In this document: piece by piece, positions 50,301 to 62,600 of the stretch
How positions within the stretch are numbered: position 1 is the first letter of the stretch
Layout of the letters: every line of letters begins with the position of its first letter
Source of the DNA: the human T2T-CHM13v2.0 reference genome, Homo sapiens
DNA: 64,000 nucleotides
Reading direction: 5' to 3' (one strand)
NCBI RefSeq assembly: GCF_009914755.1
Contig: NC_060942.1
The notes under the pieces: generated by a model
The model's input: the letters and a program-made list of their open reading frames with translations, nothing else
The model's database searches: none
What the model was told of the DNA's origin: nothing
Position numbers and translations under genes: made by a program

Positions 50301-53300
50301 TCTTCAGAGAAAATCTAGACAGAAGCATTCTCAGAAACTTCTTTGGGATGTTTGCATTCAAGTCACAGAGTAGAACATTCCCTTTGGTAGAGCAGGTTTG
50401 AAACACTCTTTTTTTAGTATATGGAAGTGGACATTTGGATCGCTTTCAGGCCTACGTTGGAAAAGGAAATATCTTCCCATAACAACTAGACAGAAGCATT
50501 CTCAGAAACTAGTTTCTGATGTGTGTCCTCAACTAACACAGTTGAACATTTCTTTAGACAGAACAGTTTTGAAACACTCTTTTTGTGGAATCTGCAAGTG
50601 GCTATTTGGCTAGATTTGAGGATTTCGTTGGAAACGGGATTACATATAAAAAGCAGTCAGCAGCATTCTCAGAAAGTTCTTTGTGATGATTGCATTCAAG
50701 TCACAGAATTGAACATTCCCTTTCACAGAGCAGGTTTGAAACACTCTTTTTGTAGTGTGTGTAAGTGGACATTTGGAGCACTTACCGGCCTAAGGTGAAA
50801 AAGGAAATATCTTCCCATAAAAACTAGACAGAAGCATTCTCAGAAACTTACTCGTGATGTGTGTCCTCAACTAAAGGAGTAGAACCTTTCTTTTCATAGA
50901 GAAGTTTTGAAACGCTCTTTTTGTGGAATCTGCAAGTGGATATTTGGCTAGTTTTGAGGATTTCGTTGGAAGCGGGAATTCATACAAATTGCAGACTGCA
51001 GCGTTCTGAGAAACATCTTTGTGATGTTTGTATTCAGGACACAGAGTTGAACATTCCCTATCATAGAGCAGGTTTGAATCACTCCTTTTGTAGTATCTGG
51101 AAGTGGACATTTGGAGCGCTTTCAGGCCTATGTTGGAAAAGGAAATATCTTCCCATAACAACTAGACAGAAGCATTCTCAGAAACTTATTTGAGATGTGT
51201 GTACTCAACTAAGAGAATTGAACCACCGTTTTGAAGGAGCAGTTTTGAAACTCTCTTTTTCTGGAATCTGCAAGTGGATATTTGGCTAGCTTTGGGGATT
51301 TCGCTGGAAGCGGGAATACATATAAAAAGCACACAGCAGCGTTCTGAGAAACTGCTTTCTGATGTTTGCATTCAAGTCAAAAGTTGAACACTCCCTTTCA
51401 TAGAGCAGTCTTGAAACACCCCTTTTGTAGTATCTGGAACTGGACTTTTGGAGCGATTTCAGGGCTAAGGTGAAAAAGGAAATATCTTCCCATAAAAACT
51501 GGACAGAAGCATTCTCAGAAACTTGGTTATGCTGTATCTACTCAACTAACAAAGTTGAACCTTTCTTTTGATAGAGCAGTTTTGAAATGGTCTTTTTGTG
51601 GAATCTGCAAGTGGATATTTGGCTAGTTTTGAGGATTTCGTTGGAAGCGGGAATTCATACAAATTGCAGACTGCAGCGTTCTGAGAAACATCTTTGTGAT
51701 GTTTGTATTCAGGACACAGAGTTGAACATTCCCTATCATAGAGCAGGTTGGAATCACTCCTTTTGTAGTATCTGGAAGTGGACATTTGGAGCGCTTTCAG
51801 GCCTATTTTGGAAAGGGAAATATCTTCCCGTAACAACTATGCAGAAGCATTCTCAGAAACTTGTTTGTGATGTGTGCCCTCTACTGACAGAGTTGAACCT
51901 TTCTTTTCATAGAGCAGTTTTGAAACACTCTTTTTGTAGAATCTGCAAGAGGATATTTGCATAGCTTTGAGGATTTCGTGGGAAACGGGATTGTCTTCAG
52001 GTAAAATCTAGACAGAAGCATTCTCAGAAACTTCTTTGGGATGTTTGCATTCAAGTCACAGAGTAGAACATTCCCTTTGGTAGAGCAGGTTTGAAACACT
52101 CTTTTTGTAGTATCTGGAAGTGGACATTTGGAGCGCTTTCAGGCCCATGTTGGAAAGGGAAATATCTTCCCGTAACAACTAGGCAGAAGCATTCTCAGAA
52201 ACTTATTTGAGATGTGTGTACTCAACTAAGAGAATTGAACCACCGTTTTGAAGGAGCAGTTTTGAAACACTCTTTTTCTGGAATCTGCAAGAGTATATTT
52301 GCCTAGCCTTGAGGATTTCGTTGGAAACGGGATTGTCTTCAGAGAAAATCTAGACAGAAGTATTCTCAGAAACTTCTTTGGGATGTTTGCATTCAAGTCA
52401 CAGAGTAGAACATTCCCTTTGGTAGAGCAGGTTTGAAACACTCTTTTTTTAGTATATGGAAGTGGACATTTGGATCGCTTTCAGGCCTACGTTGGAAAAG
52501 GAAATATCTTCCCATAACAACTAGACAGAAGCATTCTCAGAAACTAGTTTCTGATGTGTGTCCTCAACTAACACAGTTGAACATTTCTTTAGACAGAACA
52601 GTTTTGAAACACTCTTTTTGTGGAATCTGCAAGTGGCTATTTGGCTAGATTTGAGGATTTCGTTGGAAACGGGATTACATATAAAAAGCAGTCAGCAGCA
52701 TTCTCAGAAAGTTCTTTGTGATGATTGCATTCAAGTCACAGAATTGAACATTCCCTTTCACAGAGCAGGTTTGAAACACTCTTTTTGTAGTGTGTGTAAG
52801 TGGACATTTGGAGCACTTACCGGCCTAAGGTGAAAAAGGAAATATCTTCCCATAAAAACTAGACAGAAGCATTCTCAGAAACTTACTCGTGATGTGTGTC
52901 CTCAACTAAAGGAGTAGAACCTTTCTTTTCATAGAGAAGTTTTGAAACGCTCTTTTTGTGGAATCTGCAAGTGGATATTTGGCTAGTTTTGAGGATTTCG
53001 TTGGAAGCGGGAATTCATACAAATTGCAGACTGCAGCGTTCTGAGAAACATCTTTGTGATGTTTGTATTCAGGACACAGAGTTGAACATTCCCTATCATA
53101 GAGCAGGTTGGAATCACTCCTTTTGTAGTATCTGGAAGTGGACATTTGGAGCGCTTTCAGGCCTATGTTGGAAAAGGAAATATCTTCCCATAACAACTAG
53201 ACAGAAGCATTCTCAGAAACTTATTTGAGATGTGTGTACTCAACTAAGAGAATTGAACCACCGTTTTGAAGGAGCAGTTTTGAAACTCTCTTTTTCTGGA

Positions 53301-56300
53301 ATCTGCAAGTGGATATTTGGCTAGCTTTGGGGATTTCGCTGGAAGCGGGAATACATATAAAAAGCACACAGCAGCGTTCTGAGAAACTGCTTTCTGATGT
53401 TTGCATTCAAGTCAAAAGTTGAACACTCCCTTTCATAGAGCAGTCTTGAAACACCCCTTTTGTAGTATCTGGAACTGGACTTTTGGAGCGATTTCAGGGC
53501 TAAGGTGAAAAAGGAAATATCTTACCATAAAAACTGGACAGAAGCATTCTCAGAAACTTGGTTATGCTGTATCTACTCAACTAACAAAGTTGAACCTTTC
53601 TTTTGATAGAGCAGTTTTGAAATGGTCTTTTTGTGGAATCTGCAAGTGGATATTTGGCTAGTTTTGAGGATTTCGTTGGAAGCGGGAATTCATACAAATT
53701 GCAGACTGCAGCGTTCTGAGAAACATCTTTGTGATGTTTGTATTCAGGACACAGAGTTGAACATTCCCTATCATAGAGCAGGTTGGAATCACTCCTTTTG
53801 TAGTATCTGGAAGTGGACATTTGGAGCGCTTTCAGGCCTATTTTGGAAAGGGAAATATCTTCCCGTAACAACTATGCAGAAGCATTCTCAGAAACTTGTT
53901 TGTGATGTGTGCCCTCTACTGACAGAGTTGAACCTTTCTTTTCATAGAGCAGTTTTGAAACACTCTTTTTGTAGAATCTGCAAGAGGATATTTGCATAGC
54001 TTTGAGGATTTCGTGGGAAACGGGATTGTCTTCAGGTAAAATCTAGACAGAAGCATTCTCAGAAACTTCTTTGGGATGTTTGCATTCAAGTCACAGAGTA
54101 GAACATTCCCTTTGGTAGAGCAGGTTTGAAACACTCTTTTTGTAGTATCTGGAAGTGGACATTTGGAGCGCTTTCAGGCCCATGTTGGAAAGGGAAATAT
54201 CTTCCCGTAACAACTAGGCAGAAGCATTCTCAGAAACTTATTTGAGATGTGTGTACTCAACTAAGAGAATTGAACCACCGTTTTGAAGGAGCAGTTTTGA
54301 AACACTCTTTTTCTGGAATCTGCAAGAGTATATTTGCCTAGCCTTGAGGATTTCGTTGGAAACGGGATTGTCTTCAGAGAAAATCTAGACAGAAGCATTC
54401 TCAGAAACTTCTTTGGGATGTTTGCATTCAAGTCACAGAGTAGAACATTCCCTTTGGTAGAGCAGGTTTGAAACACTCTTTTTTTAGTATATGGAAGTGG
54501 ACATTTGGATCGCTTTCAGGCCTACGTTGGAAAAGGAAATATCTTCCCATAACAACTAGACAGAAGCATTCTCAGAAACTAGTTTCTGATGTGTGTCCTC
54601 AACTAACACAGTTGAACATTTCTTTAGACAGAACAGTTTTGAAACACTCTTTTTGTGGAATCTGCAAGTGGCTATTTGGCTAGATTTGAGGATTTCGTTG
54701 GAAACGGGATTACATATAAAAAGCAGTCAGCAGCATTCTCAGAAAGTTCTTTGTGATGATTGCATTCAAGTCACAGAATTGAACATTCCCTTTCACAGAG
54801 CAGGTTTGAAACACTCTTTTTGTAGTGTGTGTAAGTGGACATTTGGAGCACTTACCGGCCTAAGGTGAAAAAGGAAATATCTTCCCATAAAAACTAGACA
54901 GAAGCATTCTCAGAAACTTACTCGTGATGTGTGTCCTCAACTAAAGGAGTAGAACCTTTCTTTTCATAGAGAAGTTTTGAAACGCTCTTTTTGTGGAATC
55001 TGCAAGTGGATATTTGGCTAGTTTTGAGGATTTCGTTGGAAGCGGGAATTCATACAAATTGCAGACTGCAGCGTTCTGAGAAACATCTTTGTGATGTTTG
55101 TATTCAGGACACAGAGTTGAACATTCCCTATCATAGAGCAGGTTTGAATCACTCCTTTTGTAGTATCTGGAAGTGGACATTTGGAGCGCTTTCAGGCCTA
55201 TGTTGGAAAAGGAAATATCTTCCCATAACAACTAGACAGAAGCATTCTCAGAAACTTATTTGAGATGTGTGTACTCAACTAAGAGAATTGAACCACCGTT
55301 TTGAAGGAGCAGTTTTGAAACTCTCTTTTTCTGGAATCTGCAAGTGGATATTTGGCTAGCTTTGGGGATTTCGCTGGAAGCGGGAATACATATAAAAAGC
55401 ACACAGCAGCGTTCTGAGAAACTGCTTTCTGATGTTTGCATTCAAGTCAAAAGTTGAACACTCCCTTTCATAGAGCAGTCTTGAAACACCCCTTTTGTAG
55501 TATCTGGAACTGGACTTTTGGAGCGATTTCAGGGCTAAGGTGAAAAAGGAAATATCTTCCCATAAAAACTGGACAGAAGCATTCTCAGAAACTTGGTTAT
55601 GCTGTATCTACTCAACTAACAAAGTTGAACCTTTCTTTTGATAGAGCAGTTTTGAAATGGTCTTTTTGTGGAATCTGCAAGTGGATATTTGGCTAGTTTT
55701 GAGGATTTCGTTGGAAGCGGGAATTCATACAAATTGCAGACTGCAGCGTTCTGAGAAACATCTTTGTGATGTTTGTATTCAGGACACAGAGTTGAACATT
55801 CCCTATCATAGAGCAGGTTGGAATCACTCCTTTTGTAGTATCTGGAAGTGGACATTTGGAGCGCTTTCAGGCCTATTTTGGAAAGGGAAATATCTTCCCG
55901 TAACAACTATGCAGAAGCATTCTCAGAAACTTGTTTGTGATGTGTGCCCTCTACTGACAGAGTTGAACCTTTCTTTTCATAGAGCAGTTTTGAAACACTC
56001 TTTTTGTAGAATCTGCAAGAGGATATTTGCATAGCTTTGAGGATTTCGTGGGAAACGGGATTGTCTTCAGGTAAAATCTAGACAGAAGCATTCTCAGAAA
56101 CTTCTTTGGGATGTTTGCATTCAAGTCACAGAGTAGAACATTCCCTTTGGTAGAGCAGGTTTGAAACACTCTTTTTGTAGTATCTGGAAGTGGACATTTG
56201 GAGCGCTTTCAGGCCCATGTTGGAAAGGGAAATATCTTCCCGTAACAACTAGGCAGAAGCATTCTCAGAAACTTATTTGAGATGTGTGTACTCAACTAAG

Positions 56301-56970
56301 AGAATTGAACCACCGTTTTGAAGGAGCAGTTTTGAAACACTCTTTTTCTGGAATCTGCAAGAGTATATTTGCCTAGCCTTGAGGATTTCGTTGGAAACGG
56401 GATTGTCTTCAGAGAAAATCTAGACAGAAGCATTCTCAGAAACTTCTTTGGGATGTTTGCATTCAAGTCACAGAGTAGAACATTCCCTTTGGTAGAGCAG
56501 GTTTGAAACACTCTTTTTTTAGTATATGGAAGTGGACATTTTGATCGCTTTCAGGCCTACGTTGGAAAAGGAAATATCTTCCCATAACAACTAGACAGAA
56601 GCATTCTCAGAAACTAGTTTCTGATGTGTGTCCTCAACTAACACAGTTGAACATTTCTTTAGACAGAACAGTTTTGAAACACTCTTTTTGTGGAATCTGC
56701 AAGTGGCTATTTGGCTGGATTTGAGGATTTCGTTGGAAACGGGATTACATATAAAAAGCAGTCAGCAGCATTCTCAGAAAGTTCTTTGTGATGATTGCAT
56801 TCAAGTCACAGAATTGAACATTCCCTTTCACAGAGCAGGTTTGAAACACTCTTTTTGTAGTGTGTGTAAGTGGACATTTGGAGCACTTACCGGCCTAAGG
56901 TGAAAAAGGAAATATCTTCCCATAAAAACTAGACAGAAGCATTCTCAGAAACTTACTCGTGATGTGTGTC
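20341..56970 (+). repeat. Run of 18 canonical 12-mer HORs (U10-U27)
   Basis: 18 x 2035 = 36630 bp, with no length change in ORF-track spacing. Confidence 0.97.
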
Positions 56971-59680
56971 CTCAACTAAAGGAGTAGAACCTTTCTTTTC
57001 ATAGAGAAGTTTTGAAACGCTCTTTTTGTGGAATCTGCAAGTGGATATTTGGCTAGTTTTGAGGATTTCGTTGGAAGCGGGAATTCATACAAATTGCAGA
57101 CTGCAGCGTTCTGAGAAACATCTTTGTGATGTTTGTATTCAGGACACAGAGTTGAACATTCCCTATCATAGAGCAGGTTTGAATCACTCCTTTTGTAGTA
57201 TCTGGAAGTGGACATTTGGAGCGCTTTCAGGCCTATGTTGGAAAAGGAAATATCTTCCCATAACAACTAGACAGAAGCATTCTCAGAAACTTATTTGAGA
57301 TGTGTGTACTCAACTAAGAGAATTGAACCACCGTTTTGAAGGAGCAGTTTTGAAACTCTCTTTTTCTGGAATCTGCAAGTGGATATTTGGCTAGCTTTGG
57401 GGATTTCGCTGGAAGCGGGAATACATATAAAAAGCACACAGCAGCGTTCTGAGAAACTGCTTTCTGATGTTTGCATTCAAGTCAAAAGTTGAACACTCCC
57501 TTTCATAGAGCAGTCTTGAAACACCCCTTTTGTAGTATCTGGAACTGGACTTTTGGAGCGATTTCAGGGCTAAGGTGAAAAAGGAAATATCTTCCCATAA
57601 AAACTGGACAGAAGCATTCTCAGAAACTTGTTTATGCTGTATCTACTCAACTAACAAAGTTGAACCTTTCTTTTGATAGAGCAGTTTTGAAATGGTCTTT
57701 TTGTGGAATCTGCAAGTGGATATTTGGCTAGTTTTGAGGATTTCGTTGGAAGCGGGAATTCATACAAATTGCAGACTGCAGCGTTCTGAGAAACATCTTT
57801 GTGATGTTTGTATTCAGGACACAGAGTTGAACATTCCCTATCATAGAGCAGGTTGGAATCACTCCTTTTGTAGTATCTGGAAGTGGACATTTGGAGCGCT
57901 TTCAGGCCTATGTTGGAAAAGGAAATATCTTCCCATAACAACTAGACAGAAGCATTCTCAGAAACTTATTTGAGATGTGTGTACTCAACTAAGAGAATTG
58001 AACCACCGTTTTGAAGGAGCAGTTTTGAAACTCTCTTTTTCTGGAATCTGCAAGTGGATATTTGGCTAGCTTTGGGGATTTCGCTGGAAGCGGGAATACA
58101 TATAAAAAGCACACAGCAGCGTTCTGAGAAACTGCTTTCTGATGTTTGCATTCAAGTCAAAAGTTGAACACTCCCTTTCATAGAGCAGTCTTGAAACACC
58201 CCTTTTGTAGTATCTGGAACTGGACTTTTGGAGCGATTTCAGGGCTAAGGTGAAAAAGGAAATATCTTCCCATAAAAACTGGACAGAAGCATTCTCAGAA
58301 ACTTGGTTATGCTGTATCTACTCAACTAACAAAGTTGAACCTTTCTTTTGATAGAGCAGTTTTGAAATGGTCTTTTTGTGGAATCTGCAAGTGGATATTT
58401 GGCTAGTTTTGAGGATTTCGTTGGAAGCGGGAATTCATACAAATTGCAGACTGCAGCGTTCTGAGAAACATCTTTGTGATGTTTGTATTCAGGACACAGA
58501 GTTGAACATTCCCTATCATAGAGCAGGTTGGAATCACTCCTTTTGTAGTATCTGGAAGTGGACATTTGGAGCGCTTTCAGGCCTATTTTGGAAAGGGAAA
58601 TATCTTCCCGTAACAACTATGCAGAAGCATTCTCAGAAACTTGTTTGTGATGTGTGCCCTCTACTGACAGAGTTGAACCTTTCTTTTCATAGAGCAGTTT
58701 TGAAACACTCTTTTTGTAGAATCTGCAAGAGGATATTTGCATAGCTTTGAGGATTTCGTGGGAAACGGGATTGTCTTCAGGTAAAATCTAGACAGAAGCA
58801 TTCTCAGAAACTTCTTTGGGATGTTTGCATTCAAGTCACAGAGTAGAACATTCCCTTTGGTAGAGCAGGTTTGAAACACTCTTTTTGTAGTATCTGGAAG
58901 TGGACATTTGGAGCGCTTTCAGGCCCATGTTGGAAAGGGAAATATCTTCCCGTAACAACTAGGCAGAAGCATTCTCAGAAACTTATTTGAGATGTGTGTA
59001 CTCAACTAAGAGAATTGAACCACCGTTTTGAAGGAGCAGTTTTGAAACACTCTTTTTCTGGAATCTGCAAGAGTATATTTGCCTAGCCTTGAGGATTTCG
59101 TTGGAAACGGGATTGTCTTCAGAGAAAATCTAGACAGAAGCATTCTCAGAAACTTCTTTGGGATGTTTGCATTCAAGTCACAGAGTAGAACATTCCCTTT
59201 GGTAGAGCAGGTTTGAAACACTCTTTTTTTAGTATATGGAAGTGGACATTTGGATCGCTTTCAGGCCTACGTTGGAAAAGGAAATATCTTCCCATAACAA
59301 CTAGACAGAAGCATTCTCAGAAACTAGTTTCTGATGTGTGTCCTCAACTAACACAGTTGAACATTTCTTTAGACAGAACAGTTTTGAAACACTCTTTTTG
59401 TGGAATCTGCAAGTGGCTATTTGGCTAGATTTGAGGATTTCGTTGGAAACGGGATTACATATAAAAAGCAGTCAGCAGCATTCTCAGAAAGTTCTTTGTG
59501 ATGATTGCATTCAAGTCACAGAATTGAACATTCCCTTTCACAGAGCAGGTTTGAAACACTCTTTTTGTAGTGTGTGTAAGTGGACATTTGGAGCACTTAC
59601 CGGCCTAAGGTGAAAAAGGAAATATCTTCCCATAAAAACTAGACAGAAGCATTCTCAGAAACTTACTCGTGATGTGTGTC
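56971..59680 (+). repeat. 16-mer HOR structural variant U28
   Basis: Length 2710 bp; hybrid 93-aa ORF at 57692-57973; same junction, but lacks the three private SNVs of U5/U8/U9. Confidence 0.96.
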
Positions 59681-62600
59681 CTCAACTAAAGGAGTAGAAC
59701 CTTTCTTTTCATAGAGAAGTTTTGAAACGCTCTTTTTGTGGAATCTGCAAGTGGATATTTGGCTAGTTTTGAGGATTTCGTTGGAAGCGGGAATTCATAC
59801 AAATTGCAGACTGCAGCGTTCTGAGAAACATCTTTGTGATGTTTGTATTCAGGACACAGAGTTGAACATTCCCTATCATAGAGCAGGTTGGAATCACTCC
59901 TTTTGTAGTATCTGGAAGTGGACATTTGGAGCGCTTTCAGGCCTATGTTGGAAAAGGAAATATCTTCCCATAACAACTAGACAGAAGCATTCTCAGAAAC
60001 TTATTTGAGATGTGTGTACTCAACTAAGAGAATTGAACCACCGTTTTGAAGGAGCAGTTTTGAAACTCTCTTTTTCTGGAATCTGCAAGTGGATATTTGG
60101 CTAGCTTTGGGGATTTCGCTGGAAGCGGGAATACATATAAAAAGCACACAGCAGCGTTCTGAGAAACTGCTTTCTGATGTTTGCATTCAAGTCAAAAGTT
60201 GAACACTCCCTTTCATAGAGCAGTCTTGAAACACCCCTTTTGTAGTATCTGGAACTGGACTTTTGGAGCGATTTCAGGGCTAAGGTGAAAAAGGAAATAT
60301 CTTCCCATAAAAACTGGACAGAAGCATTCTCAGAAACTTGGTTATGCTGTATCTACTCAACTAACAAAGTTGAACCTTTCTTTTGATAGAGCAGTTTTGA
60401 AATGGTCTTTTTGTGGAATCTGCAAGTGGATATTTGGCTAGTTTTGAGGATTTCGTTGGAAGCGGGAATTCATACAAATTGCAGACTGCAGCGTTCTGAG
60501 AAACATCTTTGTGATGTTTGTATTCAGGACACAGAGTTGAACATTCCCTATCATAGAGCAGGTTGGAATCACTCCTTTTGTAGTATCTGGAAGTGGACAT
60601 TTGGAGCGCTTTCAGGCCTATTTTGGAAAGGGAAATATCTTCCCGTAACAACTATGCAGAAGCATTCTCAGAAACTTGTTTGTGATGTGTGCCCTCTACT
60701 GACAGAGTTGAACCTTTCTTTTCATAGAGCAGTTTTGAAACACTCTTTTTGTAGAATCTGCAAGAGGATATTTGCATAGCTTTGAGGATTTCGTGGGAAA
60801 CGGGATTGTCTTCAGGTAAAATCTAGACAGAAGCATTCTCAGAAACTTCTTTGGGATGTTTGCATTCAAGTCACAGAGTAGAACATTCCCTTTGGTAGAG
60901 CAGGTTTGAAACACTCTTTTTGTAGTATCTGGAAGTGGACATTTGGAGCGCTTTCAGGCCCATGTTGGAAAGGGAAATATCTTCCCGTAACAACTAGGCA
61001 GAAGCATTCTCAGAAACTTATTTGAGATGTGTGTACTCAACTAAGAGAATTGAACCACCGTTTTGAAGGAGCAGTTTTGAAACACTCTTTTTCTGGAATC
61101 TGCAAGAGTATATTTGCCTAGCCTTGAGGATTTCGTTGGAAACGGGATTGTCTTCAGAGAAAATCTAGACAGAAGCATTCTCAGAAACTTCTTTGGGATG
61201 TTTGCATTCAAGTCACAGAGTAGAACATTCCCTTTGGTAGAGCAGGTTTGAAACACTCTTTTTTTAGTATATGGAAGTGGACATTTGGATCGCTTTCAGG
61301 CCTACGTTGGAAAAGGAAATATCTTCCCATAACAACTAGACAGAAGCATTCTCAGAAACTAGTTTCTGATGTGTGTCCTCAACTAACACAGTTGAACATT
61401 TCTTTAGACAGAACAGTTTTGAAACACTCTTTTTGTGGAATCTGCAAGTGGCTATTTGGCTAGATTTGAGGATTTCGTTGGAAACGGGATTACATATAAA
61501 AAGCAGTCAGCAGCATTCTCAGAAAGTTCTTTGTGATGATTGCATTCAAGTCACAGAATTGAACATTCCCTTTCACAGAGCAGGTTTGAAACACTCTTTT
61601 TGTAGTGTGTGTAAGTGGACATTTGGAGCACTTACCGGCCTAAGGTGAAAAAGGAAATATCTTCCCATAAAAACTAGACAGAAGCATTCTCAGAAACTTA
61701 CTCGTGATGTGTGTCCTCAACTAAAGGAGTAGAACCTTTCTTTTCATAGAGAAGTTTTGAAACGCTCTTTTTGTGGAATCTGCAAGTGGATATTTGGCTA
61801 GTTTTGAGGATTTCGTTGGAAGCGGGAATTCATACAAATTGCAGACTGCAGCGTTCTGAGAAACATCTTTGTGATGTTTGTATTCAGGACACAGAGTTGA
61901 ACATTCCCTATCATAGAGCAGGTTTGAATCACTCCTTTTGTAGTATCTGGAAGTGGACATTTGGAGCGCTTTCAGGCCTATGTTGGAAAAGGAAATATCT
62001 TCCCATAACAACTAGACAGAAGCATTCTCAGAAACTTATTTGAGATGTGTGTACTCAACTAAGAGAATTGAACCACCGTTTTGAAGGAGCAGTTTTGAAA
62101 CTCTCTTTTTCTGGAATCTGCAAGTGGATATTTGGCTAGCTTTGGGGATTTCGCTGGAAGCGGGAATACATATAAAAAGCACACAGCAGCGTTCTGAGAA
62201 ACTGCTTTCTGATGTTTGCATTCAAGTCAAAAGTTGAACACTCCCTTTCATAGAGCAGTCTTGAAACACCCCTTTTGTAGTATCTGGAACTGGACTTTTG
62301 GAGCGATTTCAGGGCTAAGGTGAAAAAGGAAATATCTTCCCATAAAAACTGGACAGAAGCATTCTCAGAAACTTGGTTATGCTGTATCTACTCAACTAAC
62401 AAAGTTGAACCTTTCTTTTGATAGAGCAGTTTTGAAATGGTCTTTTTGTGGAATCTGCAAGTGGATATTTGGCTAGTTTTGAGGATTTCGTTGGAAGCGG
62501 GAATTCATACAAATTGCAGACTGCAGCGTTCTGAGAAACATCTTTGTGATGTTTGTATTCAGGACAGAGAGTTGAACATTCCCTATCATAGAGCAGGTTG

